From: Octopus vulgaris | Taxonomy: Eukaryota | Assembly: GCA_951406725.2 (NCBI GenBank) | Contig: OX597839.1 | Span: forward strand, 18,166,001 to 18,230,000 | Length of the DNA: 64,000 bases | Direction of reading: 5' to 3' | Program-made: the position numbers and the translations under genes | The notes under the pieces: model-generated | What the model was told of the DNA's origin: nothing | Database searches by the model: none | Seen by the model: the letters and a program-made list of their open reading frames with translations, nothing else | Part shown: piece by piece, positions 38,006 through 51,711 of the stretch | Layout of the letters: each line of letters begins with the position of its first letter | Numbering within the stretch: position 1 is the stretch's first letter

Positions 38006-39944
38006 TATATATATATTGTTTCAGTCATTTTGACTGCGGCCCTGCTGGAGCACTGCCTTTAGTCAAGCAAATCAACCCCAGGACTTATTCTTTGTAAGCA
38101 TAGTACTTATTCCATCAGCCCCTTTTGCCAAACCACTAAGTTATGGGGCGCAAACGCTCCACCATCGGTTGTCAAGTGATGTTGGCCTTGTACTTAGAGT
38201 GGAAAAGAATATTGTATTGTATGGTAAGAGAACCATGTGTTTGTGTTTACATGTTCTGGATTGGTTTGGTGTTTTAGAGACAAGTGTGTGTGTATGTAGT
38301 GAGTGTGTATATGTGTATATTCATATATTATTGTATTTTATTGCAAGTATTTCGAGAACACTGTGTGTGTGTGTGAATGTATTCATGTGTGTGTGTGTGT
38401 GTATTTGTTGTGTGTTTGAGAGACAACTGTGTGTGTATGTAGTGAACATATGGTTTAATATGTTACTGCATTGTAAGTATTTAGAGAACTATGTGTGCGT
38501 ATGTGTCTGTATAGTGTGTGCTTGTGTGTGTGTGTGTGTACATGTCTGAATGTAGGGCTTCATACACTTTCTTTTACCGTTTTTGACATTTGACACAAAT
38601 GAATCGACAGGCAATGCAATGTCATTAAGTTCTTGATGTGATAAAAGTTTGCGTGTGTGTGTGTGTGTATGTACATGTTTTAAAACTGTGTTTATTATAC
38701 ATGAATACTTCTAGTCTGGTTTTGTGTGTGTGCTTATGTATGTGTATGTGTGTGTGCGTTTCCATGTGTATTTCTGTTTATGTCTATGTATGTTTATGTG
38801 TATGTGTACGGATGCTTTGGACTGTGTTTGTTAATATACGTCAAATTCCTTTGTCTATGCATGTACTTGTGTGTGTGTGTGTGTGTGTGCGTGCATGATT
38901 TTGGACTGTGTTTGCTAATATACATTTAATTCCTTATATTTATGTATTTTTATTTGTGTGTGTATGTGTGCATACACATACATCTTTTAGGTTGTATCTG
39001 TTAATATGTGTGTAATTCTCTTTTCCCCTCTGTTTGTGTATGTATGCACATGTGTTTTAAACTGAATCCGTTAAAGATGTGTGATTCTCTTTTCATCTGT
39101 GTGTATGTGTGTTTTGTTTGTCTAAGCGTGTTTGTCTCTCTGTATGTTTGTATTTATGTAAATTTTCCCAAGCCTTGAATTTGATGTAATGATTGTTATC
39201 TTTCCAATGCAGTTGTTGTTTGTAAAGTGTTGTTAATTGCTTTTCTCGTGAGTGGTGGTGGCAGTGGCGGCGCTACATCAGTGTCGTTAACAGTGGTTGT
39301 AGAGGTCACGTAGTTTTGAATGATGGTTTATATAGTCATGCATCCACGTTATTCACATTATATATAGAGCTCATATTGTTTTGAATGATGGTTTATATTA
39401 TTTAACAATCACATAAAAAAAAAAGCACGTAAAAAGTACCCACTACACTCTCAGAGTGGTTGGTATTAGGAAGGGCATCCAGTTGTAGAAACATTGTCTG
39501 ATCAGATTAGAGCCTGGTGCAGCCGCTGGCTCTCCAGACCTCAGTCAAACCATCCAACCCATGCCAGCATGGAAAATGGACGTTAAACAATGATGATGAT
39601 GATTATTCTGTCAAAAGTAATAATTATTGATTCCCACTGTTTTGAGTTAATCACACATTATCTTGTAGCTTTGAGATTTTGATGAAGTAACTGTTAATTT
39701 TTAGAAAGACATTGTAGGGTTGGTGTGAGAGGCCACATCTGGCTAGTTTGTACATAAAACAGGTAGAATATTTGGGCCAGATGTGGCCAATTTAAATATT
39801 GATGGGTAGTATATGTTGTGTGCTGTTGATGATGTTTAACCCCAGATCAACACAAACCTAATTGAACAGGCCTATGATCAGAAGTATTCCAAGCATGACA
39901 TTACAGCTTTTGATTTGGAGATTCCATTGCAGACACCATCGTTG

Positions 39945-40133
39945 GCTCAGAAGTACTGTCTTTGGCTCAGTGGTATTATTGTTAGCTCAGAGGTACCATT
40001 TCTGGTTTAATAGCATTATTGTTAGTTCAGGGGTACCTTCTTTGGATCAGTGGTATTATTGTTAACTCAGAGGCTCCATCATTGACTCAGAGGTACCATT
40101 TTGGGCTTAATAGCATTATTGTTAGTTCAGAAG
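39945..40133. repeat. 20-bp minisatellite with higher-order alternation
   Basis: About 9.5 exact-length units such as gctcagaggtaccatttctg, gctcagtggtattattgtta and gtttaatagcattattgtta. Confidence 0.88.
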
Positions 40134-40278
40134 AAGGGAGTAATGTATGTCCAGTATGAATTAATAATTAATACTTTACAGGGGCCATGAGTTTGTTTTT
40201 ATAAATTTAAAAACCATAGATTGAAGAAGTTCCTAGGCTGAAAAATTCAATGACGAGTGTACAGTGCATATAGATGTA

Positions 40279-40322
<44 letters not shown>

Positions 40323-40391
40323 CACACACACAGAGACATATATATTATATTTTATTTTGTAGAAAGCTTTTCTTTTAAAGTTATAAACAAT

Positions 40392-40619
40392 TTAACCCTT
40401 TTGATACCAACCCAGCTGAAACCGCCTCTGGCTCTGTAGTACAAATGTCTTGTTTTCTTAAGTTTTGAATTAAAATTTTCCACCAAACCTTTGTCACAAT
40501 TTGTTACTGACACTAGCTAAATGGTAACGTAAGTTATTTTTCTAAATTCTTTGTCATATTTAAAATAATTGAAAGAAACACAGAGCATCTCAAAATAAAT
40601 ACGGTAATGAAAGGGTTAA
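40392..40619. mobile_element. piggyBac-type MITE F
   Basis: TTAA-cccttttgatacc...ggtaatgaaaggg-TTAA. Confidence 0.88.
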
Positions 40620-41084
40620 AAGAATCTTAGAAAAACAGAATGACATAAACCTTTTGGAAGGAAATTTCCATATTATAAGTGCTTTTGTTGTTGTTGTGGT
40701 GGTGTTTGCGTGTGTATAGGGGAGGTGGTGTCAGTGTATGTGCATGCATATGAGAGCAATTGTTGACTTTTCATCGCTTCACTTGTCAACTGTCCGAGCA
40801 ACAATAGTGACGTGATGCTTACGTTCCTTATTGGCATTATGAAAGAGAAAGTGACAGTTACTTCATAGATTTTGCCATAGTGACTCATTGAGAGTTTTAT
40901 AATATATATATACATATGTGCATCTATTGTTTATTTAAGCTGTAACATTGGCCTGGCTGTTAGTTAGAAGCCTTCCACTGCCACAGCATATGTTCTTAAT
41001 AAACTAAAAAAAAAACCAACAGAGATGATCTGAAGATTAGCTTCAATACATAATATAGTTATATTCTTTTATTCTTTTTTTTTA

Positions 41085-41755
41085 TTCTTTACTTGTGTTA
41101 GTCATTTGATTGTGGCCATGCTGGAGCACCGCCTTTAGTTGAACAAATCAACCCCAGGACTTATTGTTTGTAAGCCTAGTACTTATTCTATCAATCTCTT
41201 TTGCTGAACCACTAGGTTACGGAGACATAAACACACCAACATCGGTTGTCAAGCGATGATGGGGGGGGGGAAACGCACACACGATGAGCTTCTTTCAGTT
41301 TCCATCTACCAAATCCACTCACAAGGCTTTGGTCGGCCTGAGACTATATAGTAAAAGATGCTTACCCAAAGTGCCATGCAATGGGACTGAACCTGGAACT
41401 ATGTGGTTGGTAAGCAAGCTACTTACCACACAGCTACTCCTGCAATTATAATCGGCCTGAGGCTATAGTAGAAGACACTTGCCCAAGGTACCATGCAGTG
41501 GGACTGAACCCAGAACCATGTGTGTGAGTTAGTGAGTGTGTGTGTGTTTGTGTCTCTGTTTGTCCCCCACCATTGCTTGACAACCGGTGTTGGTGTGTTT
41601 ATGTCCCCATAACTTAATAGTTTGGCTAAAAAGACCGATTGAATAAGTACAAGGCTTTAAAAAAAATACGTCCTAAGGCTGATTTGTTCAACTAAAACCC
41701 TGCAGGGCAATGCCCCAGCCTGGCCACAGTAAAGTAACTGAACCAAGCAAAAGAT
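41085..41755. mobile_element. SINE A (minus, ~41085-41520) followed by a plus-strand SINE A 3' half (~41540-41755)
   Basis: Both match 56921-57315, in opposite orientations. Confidence 0.8.
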
Positions 41756-42859
41756 ATATATATAAACACACACATATATACATGTGACTGTGTGTGTATG
41801 TGCGTTTGTGTGTGTATGTCCATACACAGATACAGTTTCTGATGCATAAAGCTTTTCTACTATAGGTAGAAAGGCCTGAAACCTTTCAGGGTTGGGGGAA
41901 CTAGTGTGTTTACATTGACCCCAGTTCTCAACCAGTACTTTACCTTATCGACTCCCAAAAAAGATGAAAGGCGAAAATCAACTTTGATGGAGTTTGAACT
42001 CAGAATGATTTTTTAATGTATGAATAACATGAAAATTACATCTGAACTCTGTCACACCATAAAAACAGGAAGATCAATTACAAGAATGGGTAACATGTCC
42101 TGTTTTAAGGAGATTTCGCTGATACATATCGGCAAGTCTAACATCAAGGTGGAGAGAGAGATAGGTGGAGGGAGAGGCTCCTTCTAAACTTGTTTATTCA
42201 TTTTTTACCAGCTTCCAGTTCAAAGTCATAAATAATAGTTCTATAGTTTAGCTTTTGGTACCCATCCTGTTTCTCCACTCCTGCCATGTCCTGTTTGTTT
42301 TTGCTGTTGTAATTGTTCTCTGATATCAGAGCTAATGAAAGAACATGTGATAAACTCTATGTGTGTGTGTGTAGTGTATCTAATGCTGTTTTCCTATATA
42401 ATAAAATGCTTCCTCTATATAAGGTCTCTTTCTATAAGCATTGTGTGGATTAATGACTAATGATTCTGATTGCCATGGCTGTTTTATGTGAATATATCAA
42501 TCAAAATTGGGCTCCAACTATTTTGATATATGATGCACACATACACACACTGCGTGTGTCAGATGTTTGCTTCCCAACCAAATAGTTCTGCATTCAGTCC
42601 CAGGACTACCCAAAACATTGTGACTAAATTTGGTAGATGGAAGCTGAAAGAAGCCCACCTTATATAAATTTATGCATGCATGTGTGTGCACATGAGTGTG
42701 ACTGTCCTGGAAGCAGTGTCCTTTGTTACTTCTGTGAAGACATTTCTGGTCATGAAGAAATATTACCTTTCTTGCAAATGGGTGAAACCATACAAAAAAA
42801 AAGACATGCACTTGGACAAAAACACCAGGTGATATTTGTATATAAATTTATAGATATTG

Positions 42860-42974
<115 letters not shown>

Positions 42975-43469
42975 CTGTATCTACTAGTATACAATGCAAG
43001 AAATTTAATACAAAAGATCAGGGTCAGTATTGGTGAATAACATCGTACTTGAGTGTAGAAATAACATCGTACTTCAGTGTAGAAATAAGAGGTTAAACTA
43101 TATTACTATATTACTGATTTTCTTAGGTACAAAAAGCAGGGGTTGTATTATATTCAACATCACATTGTACTATTTCTGTATACATGTGTGTGTGCGCATG
43201 TCTACACATACATGTATATATACATATACACAGGTATATGTACAGCCAGGCATGTACTGAAATAGGCATTAGGCATTTAAGTAAGAATCCAGATTGGAAG
43301 TCATTAAGTGTGTTTTGTGTATAGCGGGTTAATGAAGGTGACCCGCTCTATACTCGTTGACCCAACACAAATAAGCAATTAACATAGTTTTGGCTGGCTC
43401 AGTGGAAAATTAGGAGAATATGTCTAGGTGACATTGGAAACAGCAACAACAACAATAAACTGTTCTATT

Positions 43470-43703
43470 ATAGGCACAAGGCCTGAAATATGAGGGAGGG
43501 TGATAGTTGATTACATCGACCCCAGTACTCAACTGGTACTTAATTTATCGACCCCAAAAGGATGAAAGGCAAAGTTGACCCCCAACAGAATTTGAACTCA
43601 GAGTGTAAAAGCAGAAAAAATGCTACTAAGCATTTTGTCTGGCATTGCTAACAACTCTGCCAGCTTGCTGCCTTAATAATAATAATAATGATGGTGGTGG
43701 TGG

Positions 43704-43740
<37 letters not shown>

Positions 43741-44075
43741 CCTTTCCAGTGTTTCACTAGTACTTAATTTATTGACCCCTAAAGGATGAAAGGCAAAGTC
43801 AGCCTCAGCGGAATTTGAACTCAGAACATGAGGGCAGACAAAATACCAGTAAGCATTTCGCTGGCATGCTAACGATTTTCCCAGCTTGCCAGGCACAAGG
43901 TCTGAAATTTTGGAGAAGGGGATTAGTCGATTAAATCGACCCCAGTGTTTCACTGGTACTTAATTTATTGACCCCGAAAGGATGGAAGGCAAAGTCAACC
44001 TCAGAAGAATTTGAACTCGGGACATAAAGATGGGCGAAATGCCGTTATGCATTTTTCTCCAGCATGCTAATGGTT
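43470..44075 (-). mobile_element. Three tandem SINE B copies
   Basis: Three repeats of tacttaattta..gaccc..aaaggatg.aaggcaaagt...aatttgaactc. Confidence 0.85.
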
Positions 44076-44641
44076 CATCTCTTGATGTGCTCTTAAATAG
44101 CTGAGCCAGAGATAGGAGATGATGGTGGTGGTATTGGTGATGGAGAAGAGGATTTTCAAATGGCTTGGTGATGATGATTATAACAGTTATTAAAGATGGA
44201 ACGATGGTGCAGGAATTTTTTAATATGATTATAATGTAATGTTGTTACATAGATGATGATGATGATGACTCTAGCAGCAATTGCAGTGATGGTGATGATG
44301 ATGATGACGATGACGACGACGACAACGATGACGACGGTGATGGTTCACCTTTGCATATATACTCAGCTTCCGTCAAGTCCATTCTTTCATAATTACAATC
44401 CTTCAGATGTTTCTCAGAACGCTGTCACAGAGACAGAAAGACAGGCAGTCAGTCTACCATTCTACATCTTATGGGTGCGGTGAAAGATTTAATTTATTTC
44501 ATATGTTGTAGGAGTCTCCTCCACACCACCCCATCCAAGGATAACTAAAACATCTTTCATTTTGTTCATCAAAGAAAAATGCCTTACAGGTATACAAGAA
44601 TGGAATATAATAATATTTATGTTAATGATAGTAGTCAGAAA

Positions 44642-44680
<39 letters not shown>

Positions 44681-46007
44681 TAATAGATTTCTTTTAGCTT
44701 ATCTGAAGAATAATCCTTTTTTTATTTACCACAAGGGCAATTATTGAATGTGACATTGCATAAAAATGATGGGCGTTTATGCAGAATCTTTTATGAAATC
44801 TGAATGGTGGTAGTGGTGGTGGTGGGTGGTGGGTGGTGGTGGTTGCAGTTGTTAAAACTAATCTGAAAGAAATTGAGAATCTATCCTGTTATAAAAGAGC
44901 TGGAAATAGAGATAATTATAATGTGGAAATTGAAAACAAACTGTATCTATAATAATAATAATAACAATAGGTGCCTTGGGTATGATTAAAAATGAGATGC
45001 AGAAGAATATGTAACTAAAAGCCCCAGGAGCTATGCATATATATATGTGCATACATACGTACATACATATATTGCATAAAGAACATAGTTATATTTATAT
45101 ACTATAATATATATAGCGAGGTGGCAGGCAGGGGTGGGGAGACAGAAAGCATACAGAAAATAGCAATGTTGGGCATGGCTGTGTGGTTAGGGAGCTTGCT
45201 TCCTAGCTACATGGTTTCGAGTTCAGTCCCACCACATGGCACTTTGGGCAAGTGTCTTCTGCTATAGCCCCGGGCCGACCGAAGCTTTGTAATTGAATTT
45301 GGTAGGCGGAAGTTACTGCCGTGGGTGTATATATGTGTATAGCTGCTTGTGCCTCTCCGAGAAAGAGAGAGAGAAGGTATTACACATATATTTTATGGAA
45401 TACCACATATTTGGAGGAAGTGTATGGTCAACAGTATTAATCCCAGTTGTTAGTTGATCCTTTATGAAACCAAGAAGGATGAGATGCAGAGCCATCCTCA
45501 GTGGTATTTAAACCCTGAAATGTACCCAACTGGATTAATTTCATTTGATATTCAACTGATTTTGTTTTTCTCTTTTCCACCACTGCCATCACCACTTTCT
45601 AAATAATAATAATAATAATAATAATAATAATTGTGCACGCATACTTAAAGTGGGGGGAAGTTGTAGAAGAGGGAGACCCAGGAAGACTTGGGACGAAGTA
45701 TGAAGGGCTGATCTCAAAATGCTGAACCTTACGAAGGAGAAGACAGAGGACTGAGTTATGTGCTGCATCGTTGTACAAGAGAAGACCTGTCCACCACAAT
45801 GGAATTAAATTCCTGAAAGCAAAGTGCCATGTAAAAAGCATTGGTGTGGGTGCTGGCACCACACAAAAAGCACTGGTGCTGGTGCCACATAATAAGCTCC
45901 CAGTGCACTCTGAGGAGTGGTTGGTGTTAGGAAGGGCATCCAGCTGTAGAAACCAAACCAAAACAGACTATGGAACCTGGTGCAGCCCCTGGCCTTGCCA
46001 GGTCCTT

Positions 46008-46236
46008 TTAACCCTTTAGCATTTAAACCGGCCATATCCGACCAAAAGTATTCTGCCTGTTTTATGTTCAAAATGGCCAGATCTGGTCTCTCACACCAAC
46101 CCTACAATATCGTTTTAAAAATTAACAGCTACCTCATCAAAATCTCTTAGCTACAAGATAATGCATGATTAGTTCAAAACAATGTGGATAAAAAAGGATT
46201 AATTTTGGCAGAATAATGTGAACACTAAAGGGTTAA
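46008..46236. mobile_element. piggyBac-type MITE E inserted into a SINE C
   Basis: TTAA-ccctttagc...ctaaaggg-TTAA; SINE C runs ~45820-46007 and resumes gctgtccaac...aatgatgatg. Confidence 0.88.
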
Positions 46237-47011
46237 GCTGTCCAACATTAAATGATGATGATGATGATGATGGTGATGATTATACTGTTTATAGACTTCA
46301 TTAGCAGGGATTTCGTTCTCAATTTCCTTTTCTTTTTTATTAAGCTGTGTGTTAAGAAGTTTGCTTCTCGACCACGTGGTTCTGGATTCAGTTGCATTGC
46401 AAAGCTTCTTTTAGCAAGTGTCTTCAGCTGCTTGTCAAATTAATGTGCAAGTAGCTGAGCACTCCACAGACATGCGTACCCTTAATGTAGTTCTCAGAGA
46501 GATTAGGTGTAACACAGATTATGACATGGCCAGCCCTTTGTAATTACAGGTGCAATTCATTTTTGCCAGCTGAGTGGACTAGAGCAATGTGAAATAAAGT
46601 ATCTTGCTGAAGGATACATCGCGCTTCTGGGAATCAAACTTGCAACCTTACAATTATAAGCCGAGTGCCCTAACCACTGAGCTATGTGCCTTCACCTAGT
46701 GCTGGAGGCATGTAAAAAACACTTTGTAAAGTGGTTGTCATTTGGAAGGTCTCCCAGCCACAGAAATATTGCTAGAACAGACAATTGGAGTGCGATACAA
46801 CCCTGGGACTCACTGGATCCTGTTACGCTGTCAAATCCATGGCAGTATGGAAAGCAGACATTAAGTACTAAATAATGATGATGATGATGTATTCAAATTT
46901 TGGTAGAATTTGAACTCAGAATGTGATGATGGACAAAATGCTGCTAAGCATTATTCCCAGCGTGCTAACGATTCTGCCAGGTCACTGCCTTGATGATGAT
47001 GATGATGATGA

Positions 47012-47410
47012 TCATCATCATCATCGTTTAACGTCCGCTTTCCATGCTAGCATGGGTTGGACGGTTCGACCAGGGATCTGGGAAGCCAGAAGGCTGCACC
47101 AGGCTCCAGTCTGATCTGGCAGTGTTTCTACAGCTGGATACCCTTCCTAACGCCAACCACTCCATGAGTGTAGTGGGTGCTTTTTATGTGCCACCGACAC
47201 AGGTGCCAGACAAGGCTGGCGAACGGTCACGCTCGGATGGTGCTTTTTACGTGCCACCGGCACGGAGGCCAGGTGAGGCTGGCAACAGCCACGATCGGAT
47301 GGTGTTTGTTACGTGCCACCGGCATGGAGGCCAGTCAATGCGGCGCTGGCTACGGCCATGTTCGGATGGTTCTCTTATGTGCCACCGGCACTGGTATCAC
47401 GACTACATAT
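47012..47410 (-). mobile_element. SINE family C, well preserved, four internal tandem units
   Basis: (cat)n-cgtttaacgtccgctttccatgctagcatgggttgg...; gtgccaccg(g/a)ca occurs four times between ~47188 and ~47391. Confidence 0.85.
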
Positions 47411-47443
47411 TCCATTGATGTTGATTGATTTCGATGATAATAA

Positions 47444-47795
47444 TAATAATTATAATAATAATTCGTTCATTTATTGGCCACTAGGGCTAACAAAAATCAG
47501 TTAAAACATGAAGGGACAAAACACAGGACGAAAGTTACAAAGGGTTTTGTCCGTTTGAAAAAGGTCCATGTACAAAAGCAGGATAACAACGAAATGTAAG
47601 TAACAATTAAAACTCCCAATAGGGGGAGGCGCTTCGAAAGGTTACTCGTGGAGAAACCCATAAAAGCCACGGGAGCCTGGTCAAAAGTGGGGTATAGAGC
47701 CCCTTTCTCCTTTTATATTTCCTTTTAATTTTTCACAGGTGTATCCTCAGAATTGGTCCGTTCATACTGGCCATTCTTGCGACATTCAACCACCT
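47444..47795 (-). mobile_element. LINE 3' end (ORF tail, 3' UTR, AATAAA, (ATT)n), clade uncertain
   Basis: Minus strand RWLNVARMASMNGPILRIHL*, then ~270 nt ending ggccaataaatgaacg and an (att)n tail. Confidence 0.5.
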
Positions 47796-48019
47796 AATAA
47801 TAATAATAATCTTTTCTATGAAAGGTATGAGGCCTGAAATTTTGCGGGAGGGAACTAGTTGATTACATCGACCCCGTGCTAAACTGGCACTTATTTCATC
47901 ATCCCCCGAAAGGATGAAAGGCAAAGTTGACCTCAGTGGAATTTGAACTCAGAACGTAAAGAAGAATGAAATGACGCTTAGCATTTTGCCCGGTGTGCAA
48001 ACAATTCTGCCATCTTAAT

Positions 48020-48262
48020 ATTTTGAGCAGGATGGGCTACTCGACCTGAAGAAAATTCTAACTGGGCCCCACCTGCAAGGTCATGTGCTGTTTATCTTGA
48101 TATGAGATCACCATGTCGCGCACATATGGTTGTGATGCATGTGCTTGGTGTACCCTTATCAGACGGGTAGTCATGATGGGTATATTGGGCTTCGTATATT
48201 TTACCCCAGTGTCACTTTGATGGCATGAACTGCTCTCTCACTCAATAATAATAATAATAATA
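48020..48262 (+). mobile_element. Probable retroelement 3' fragment with (AAT)n tail
   Basis: GC-richer block ending ctctctcactc-aataataataat; single copy in the window, family unassigned. Confidence 0.35.
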
Positions 48263-48609
48263 ATGTTTTATATACAACAAAGGCAACATTTACAAATTTA
48301 TAGAAACCTAATAATACAAACAAAATAGATGGTGACGGTGGTGGTGGCGGCAGTTGCATTCTTCTTATGTCTACCACCATTCCTTCCTTTCACCTCCCTC
48401 CCCGCTCCTGCGTTTTTTCTGTGTCCCTCCTCCCCTCTTCCATTTCCTACTTCCTTCTATTCTTAGCTTTAATTATTTGTAATCACACACAAGAACTGTG
48501 TAATTTTTAAGGTCGCCATTTTCAATGGCAAAATATAGTTATTGAAATAACATCTCTATGCTTCATTGTCTCTTTATCTTTTTATCTTTCTGTCTGTTTG
48601 TCCACATAT

Positions 48610-48699
<90 letters not shown>

Positions 48700-50491
48700 G
48701 TTTAATTTTATCTATAGTTCTGTTTATCTACCTTTTTGTCTGATATGGAACTATCTGTGTATCTTTCAATCTTTCTGTCTACCTGTTTAGTTTTCTCTAT
48801 TCATTTTTTAAATACTTTTTTATCTATTTATTGTGTCACATTTTCTGTCTTTCTTGCTGTCTGTTTTGCTCCACCCACTCCACCCCTGCGTGTCTTTCTT
48901 ATATTTTAAGTTGCACTATTTTAAATGTAATTTTCACTAGAAAATTTGGGATGCGACTTCTACACAGAGCAAAGCCAAAACTATGATGGGGAAAAAAAAT
49001 TTGTACCAAGATTTAACATGAAATTAGGGATGCAATTTATTCATAAATAAATAGAGTATATAATGGTTTATACACACATAGAGGAAATTTGGTGATCGTT
49101 GGTGCTGCCATCTATGGTTGCTTTCAGAGTAAGAGATGGAAAGAGATTTTGCTAAATATATATATATATATATATATGTATACACACACAGACACCTATA
49201 CATACATGTGTATAGGTGCAGGCATGGTTGTGTAGTATAGGCACAAGGCCTGAAATTTTGGGGGAGGGAACTAGTCGATTACATTGATTCCAGTGTTTTA
49301 CTGGTACTTAATTTACTGACCCCGAAAGGATGGAAGGCAAAGTTGACCTCAGTGGAATTTGAACTCAGAATGTTGTGATGGCTGAAAAGCTAGTGAGTGT
49401 GTCACACAGCATGCTAACGATTCTGCCAAATACCAGCTTAATGACAAAAGGTATTTTACTAAATTCATTACTTAAAAAAATAATTGAAACAATAAAATAT
49501 AATAACAAAAGGGTTAAAGTACCCCCTACTTTCTATATCTCTCCCCCCTCTCTCTCTTCCTCTTTCTCTCGCCTTCTCTCTCCCATCTCTTTCATTTGAT
49601 TCAAAATGAAAACATAAAAACTTTGGAATGTTTTTTAAAAGGGTTAGAGAAAAAAGAATTTACATTTGTTTTGGCATTGTTTTAGAATTTCTTTTTTAAA
49701 ATATTTCCTTTACTCTTTTCTTTTTATAAATTGTTTTTGTAATAAATAAAATAAATAAAAAGAAAAGAAACAAACAAACTGTTTTTCAATTCAGTTGGTT
49801 TTTTCAACTTTAATTTTTCCCATTATTCTCTATCACAGCCTCCAGCCAAGCTAGACCTGTTTTTTTACTATCTCACATTGTAATTACTGTGGTGGTAAAA
49901 ACAACAACAATAATAATAATAATAATAATAATGATAAAAGTAACATAATAATAATAATAATAATAATAATATAATAATTACCTTTATTTGCCATCAGGGC
50001 AACAGATGAGGGGTATAATACAAAGACGGGGATTTACATAGAATTGGAATAATGATGGTGGTGGTGGAGGTGGTGGTTGTGGTGGTGGTGGTGGGGTGGT
50101 GGTGGAGGTGGTGGTTGTGGTGGAGGTGGTGAATAATGAAATGGCAGATTATTGATGTCTTTATTTTCTTGCTTCTAGTTTATACACAAATAACAATAAT
50201 AATCAGCTTACATACAAAATACTAACGAGAAGCATTCAAGTTTAGTGTTATTAAGAATGCCATTGTCTCCATTATGGTCTTCGTTTTTGTTTTGTTTTGT
50301 TTTCTTTCTTTACTGAGGATGATGATGATGATGACGGTGATGGTGATGTTTTATTCTTTCTTCTACTTCTTTGTCTTTTTTTTTTCACTGAGTTTTTTTA
50401 TTTATTTATTCATTCATTTCAGCATTCATCTTAAATCCTCATCTTCTTAGCATTCAAGCCTCATAAATTCATCAACTGACTTCACTTAACG

Positions 50492-50889
50492 CAGTGGTTT
50501 CCAACCAGGGTCCATATGAACCCTTGGGGGATCCGTGCAAGCAAAATAGTAAATTGGGAATGTACAGTAGTACGTCGTGGAGGCGCGTGTCTTAGTGGTT
50601 AGGGTGTCAGCGTCATGATCGTAAGATTGTGGTTTCGATTCCTCGACCGGGCCACGCGTTGAGTTCTTGAACAAAACACTTCATTTCACGTTGCTCCAGT
50701 CCACTCAGCTGGCAAAAATGAGTAACGCAGCGAGGTTTCTTTCTCTTATATTTTACGTTATTCAGCCTATGCAAGTTAATGATTGAAATGCAAATAAAAC
50801 TTTTGAATGGCTATGAGGGTTCACCAGAGTAAAATAAGAATCAAAGGAGTGGTGGGGTCCATGTGTAAAAAATGGTTTAGAACCACAGA
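50492..50889. mobile_element. hAT-type MITE interrupted by a CpG-rich SINE D head (~50578-50730, plus)
   Basis: cagtggtttccaacc...ggtttagaaccacag; insert ggaggcgcgtgtcttagtggttagg...ggtttcgattcc has tRNA-like A and B boxes. Confidence 0.75.
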
Positions 50890-51697
50890 TTTAACTCATT
50901 CCAGCTGTGTGTGTGTGAGAGGGAGAGAGGGATTTAACTTCAAAATACAGACCTTGTTTATCATTTACTTACTCAACTTCTTAGTGAAGGCACATGGCTA
51001 AGTAGTTAGGTTGTTCAGTTCAAGATTGTAAGATCATGAGTTTGATAGCTACATATGATGGGTTTCTTGCAGTTTCCATCTACCAAATCCACTCTCAATG
51101 CTTTGGTGGGCCCGGGGCTATAGTAGAAGACACTTGCCCAAAGTGCCATGCAGTGGGACTGAACCCGGAACCATGTGGCTGGTAAACCAGATACTTACCA
51201 CACAGCTACTCCTGACCTACTTGTTTTATCATTCTACTTTTCCATTGTCTTTTTTTTCACTTTTTCATATTTTGTTTTGTTTTTGCTATTATATCTTTCT
51301 TTCTCTTGTTACACTACTTAGACTGTGGCCATTCTGGGACAATCCTTGCAGGATTTAGTCAAACAAATCGACCCCTTCCCCCTCCCCCACCACTAAGCCT
51401 GGTATTTATCCTATCGGTCTCTTGTTACCAAGATGCTAAGTTATTGGGGCCATACACAAACCAACACTGGTTGTCATAGCACAGTCTCTCTCACACACAT
51501 ACACATGATGGGCTATATTTGTGGATTTTGTGCTTCTAATTAGTCAACAGGTGATATTATTTTGATGGGTATCTCTTGGGCATGTGTTGACAATGAGATA
51601 GACAAAGGGACTATATGCAACTTTGTGCTGTGCTGTGTTGCACGTGCATGCATACGTGTGTATATGCATATATGTGTGCAGGGCCTGTGCATTTGTT

Positions 51698-51711
51698 GTT
51701 GCTATGGCAAC
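51698..51711. promoter_or_regulatory. Candidate RFX X-box
   Basis: GTTGCTATGGCAAC, a full-length near-palindromic RFX motif in non-repetitive sequence; function untested. Confidence 0.5.

Noticed and set aside
39945-40133. CRISPR-like repeat/spacer appearance
   Set aside because: All units are mutually homologous 20-mers with no unique spacers; eukaryotic context and no cas genes.
50578-50655. tRNA-like sequence (also heads of SINE A, B and D elsewhere)
   Set aside because: A/B-box-like motifs continue directly into SINE body; no complete cloverleaf with acceptor stem, so these are SINE heads rather than tRNA genes.
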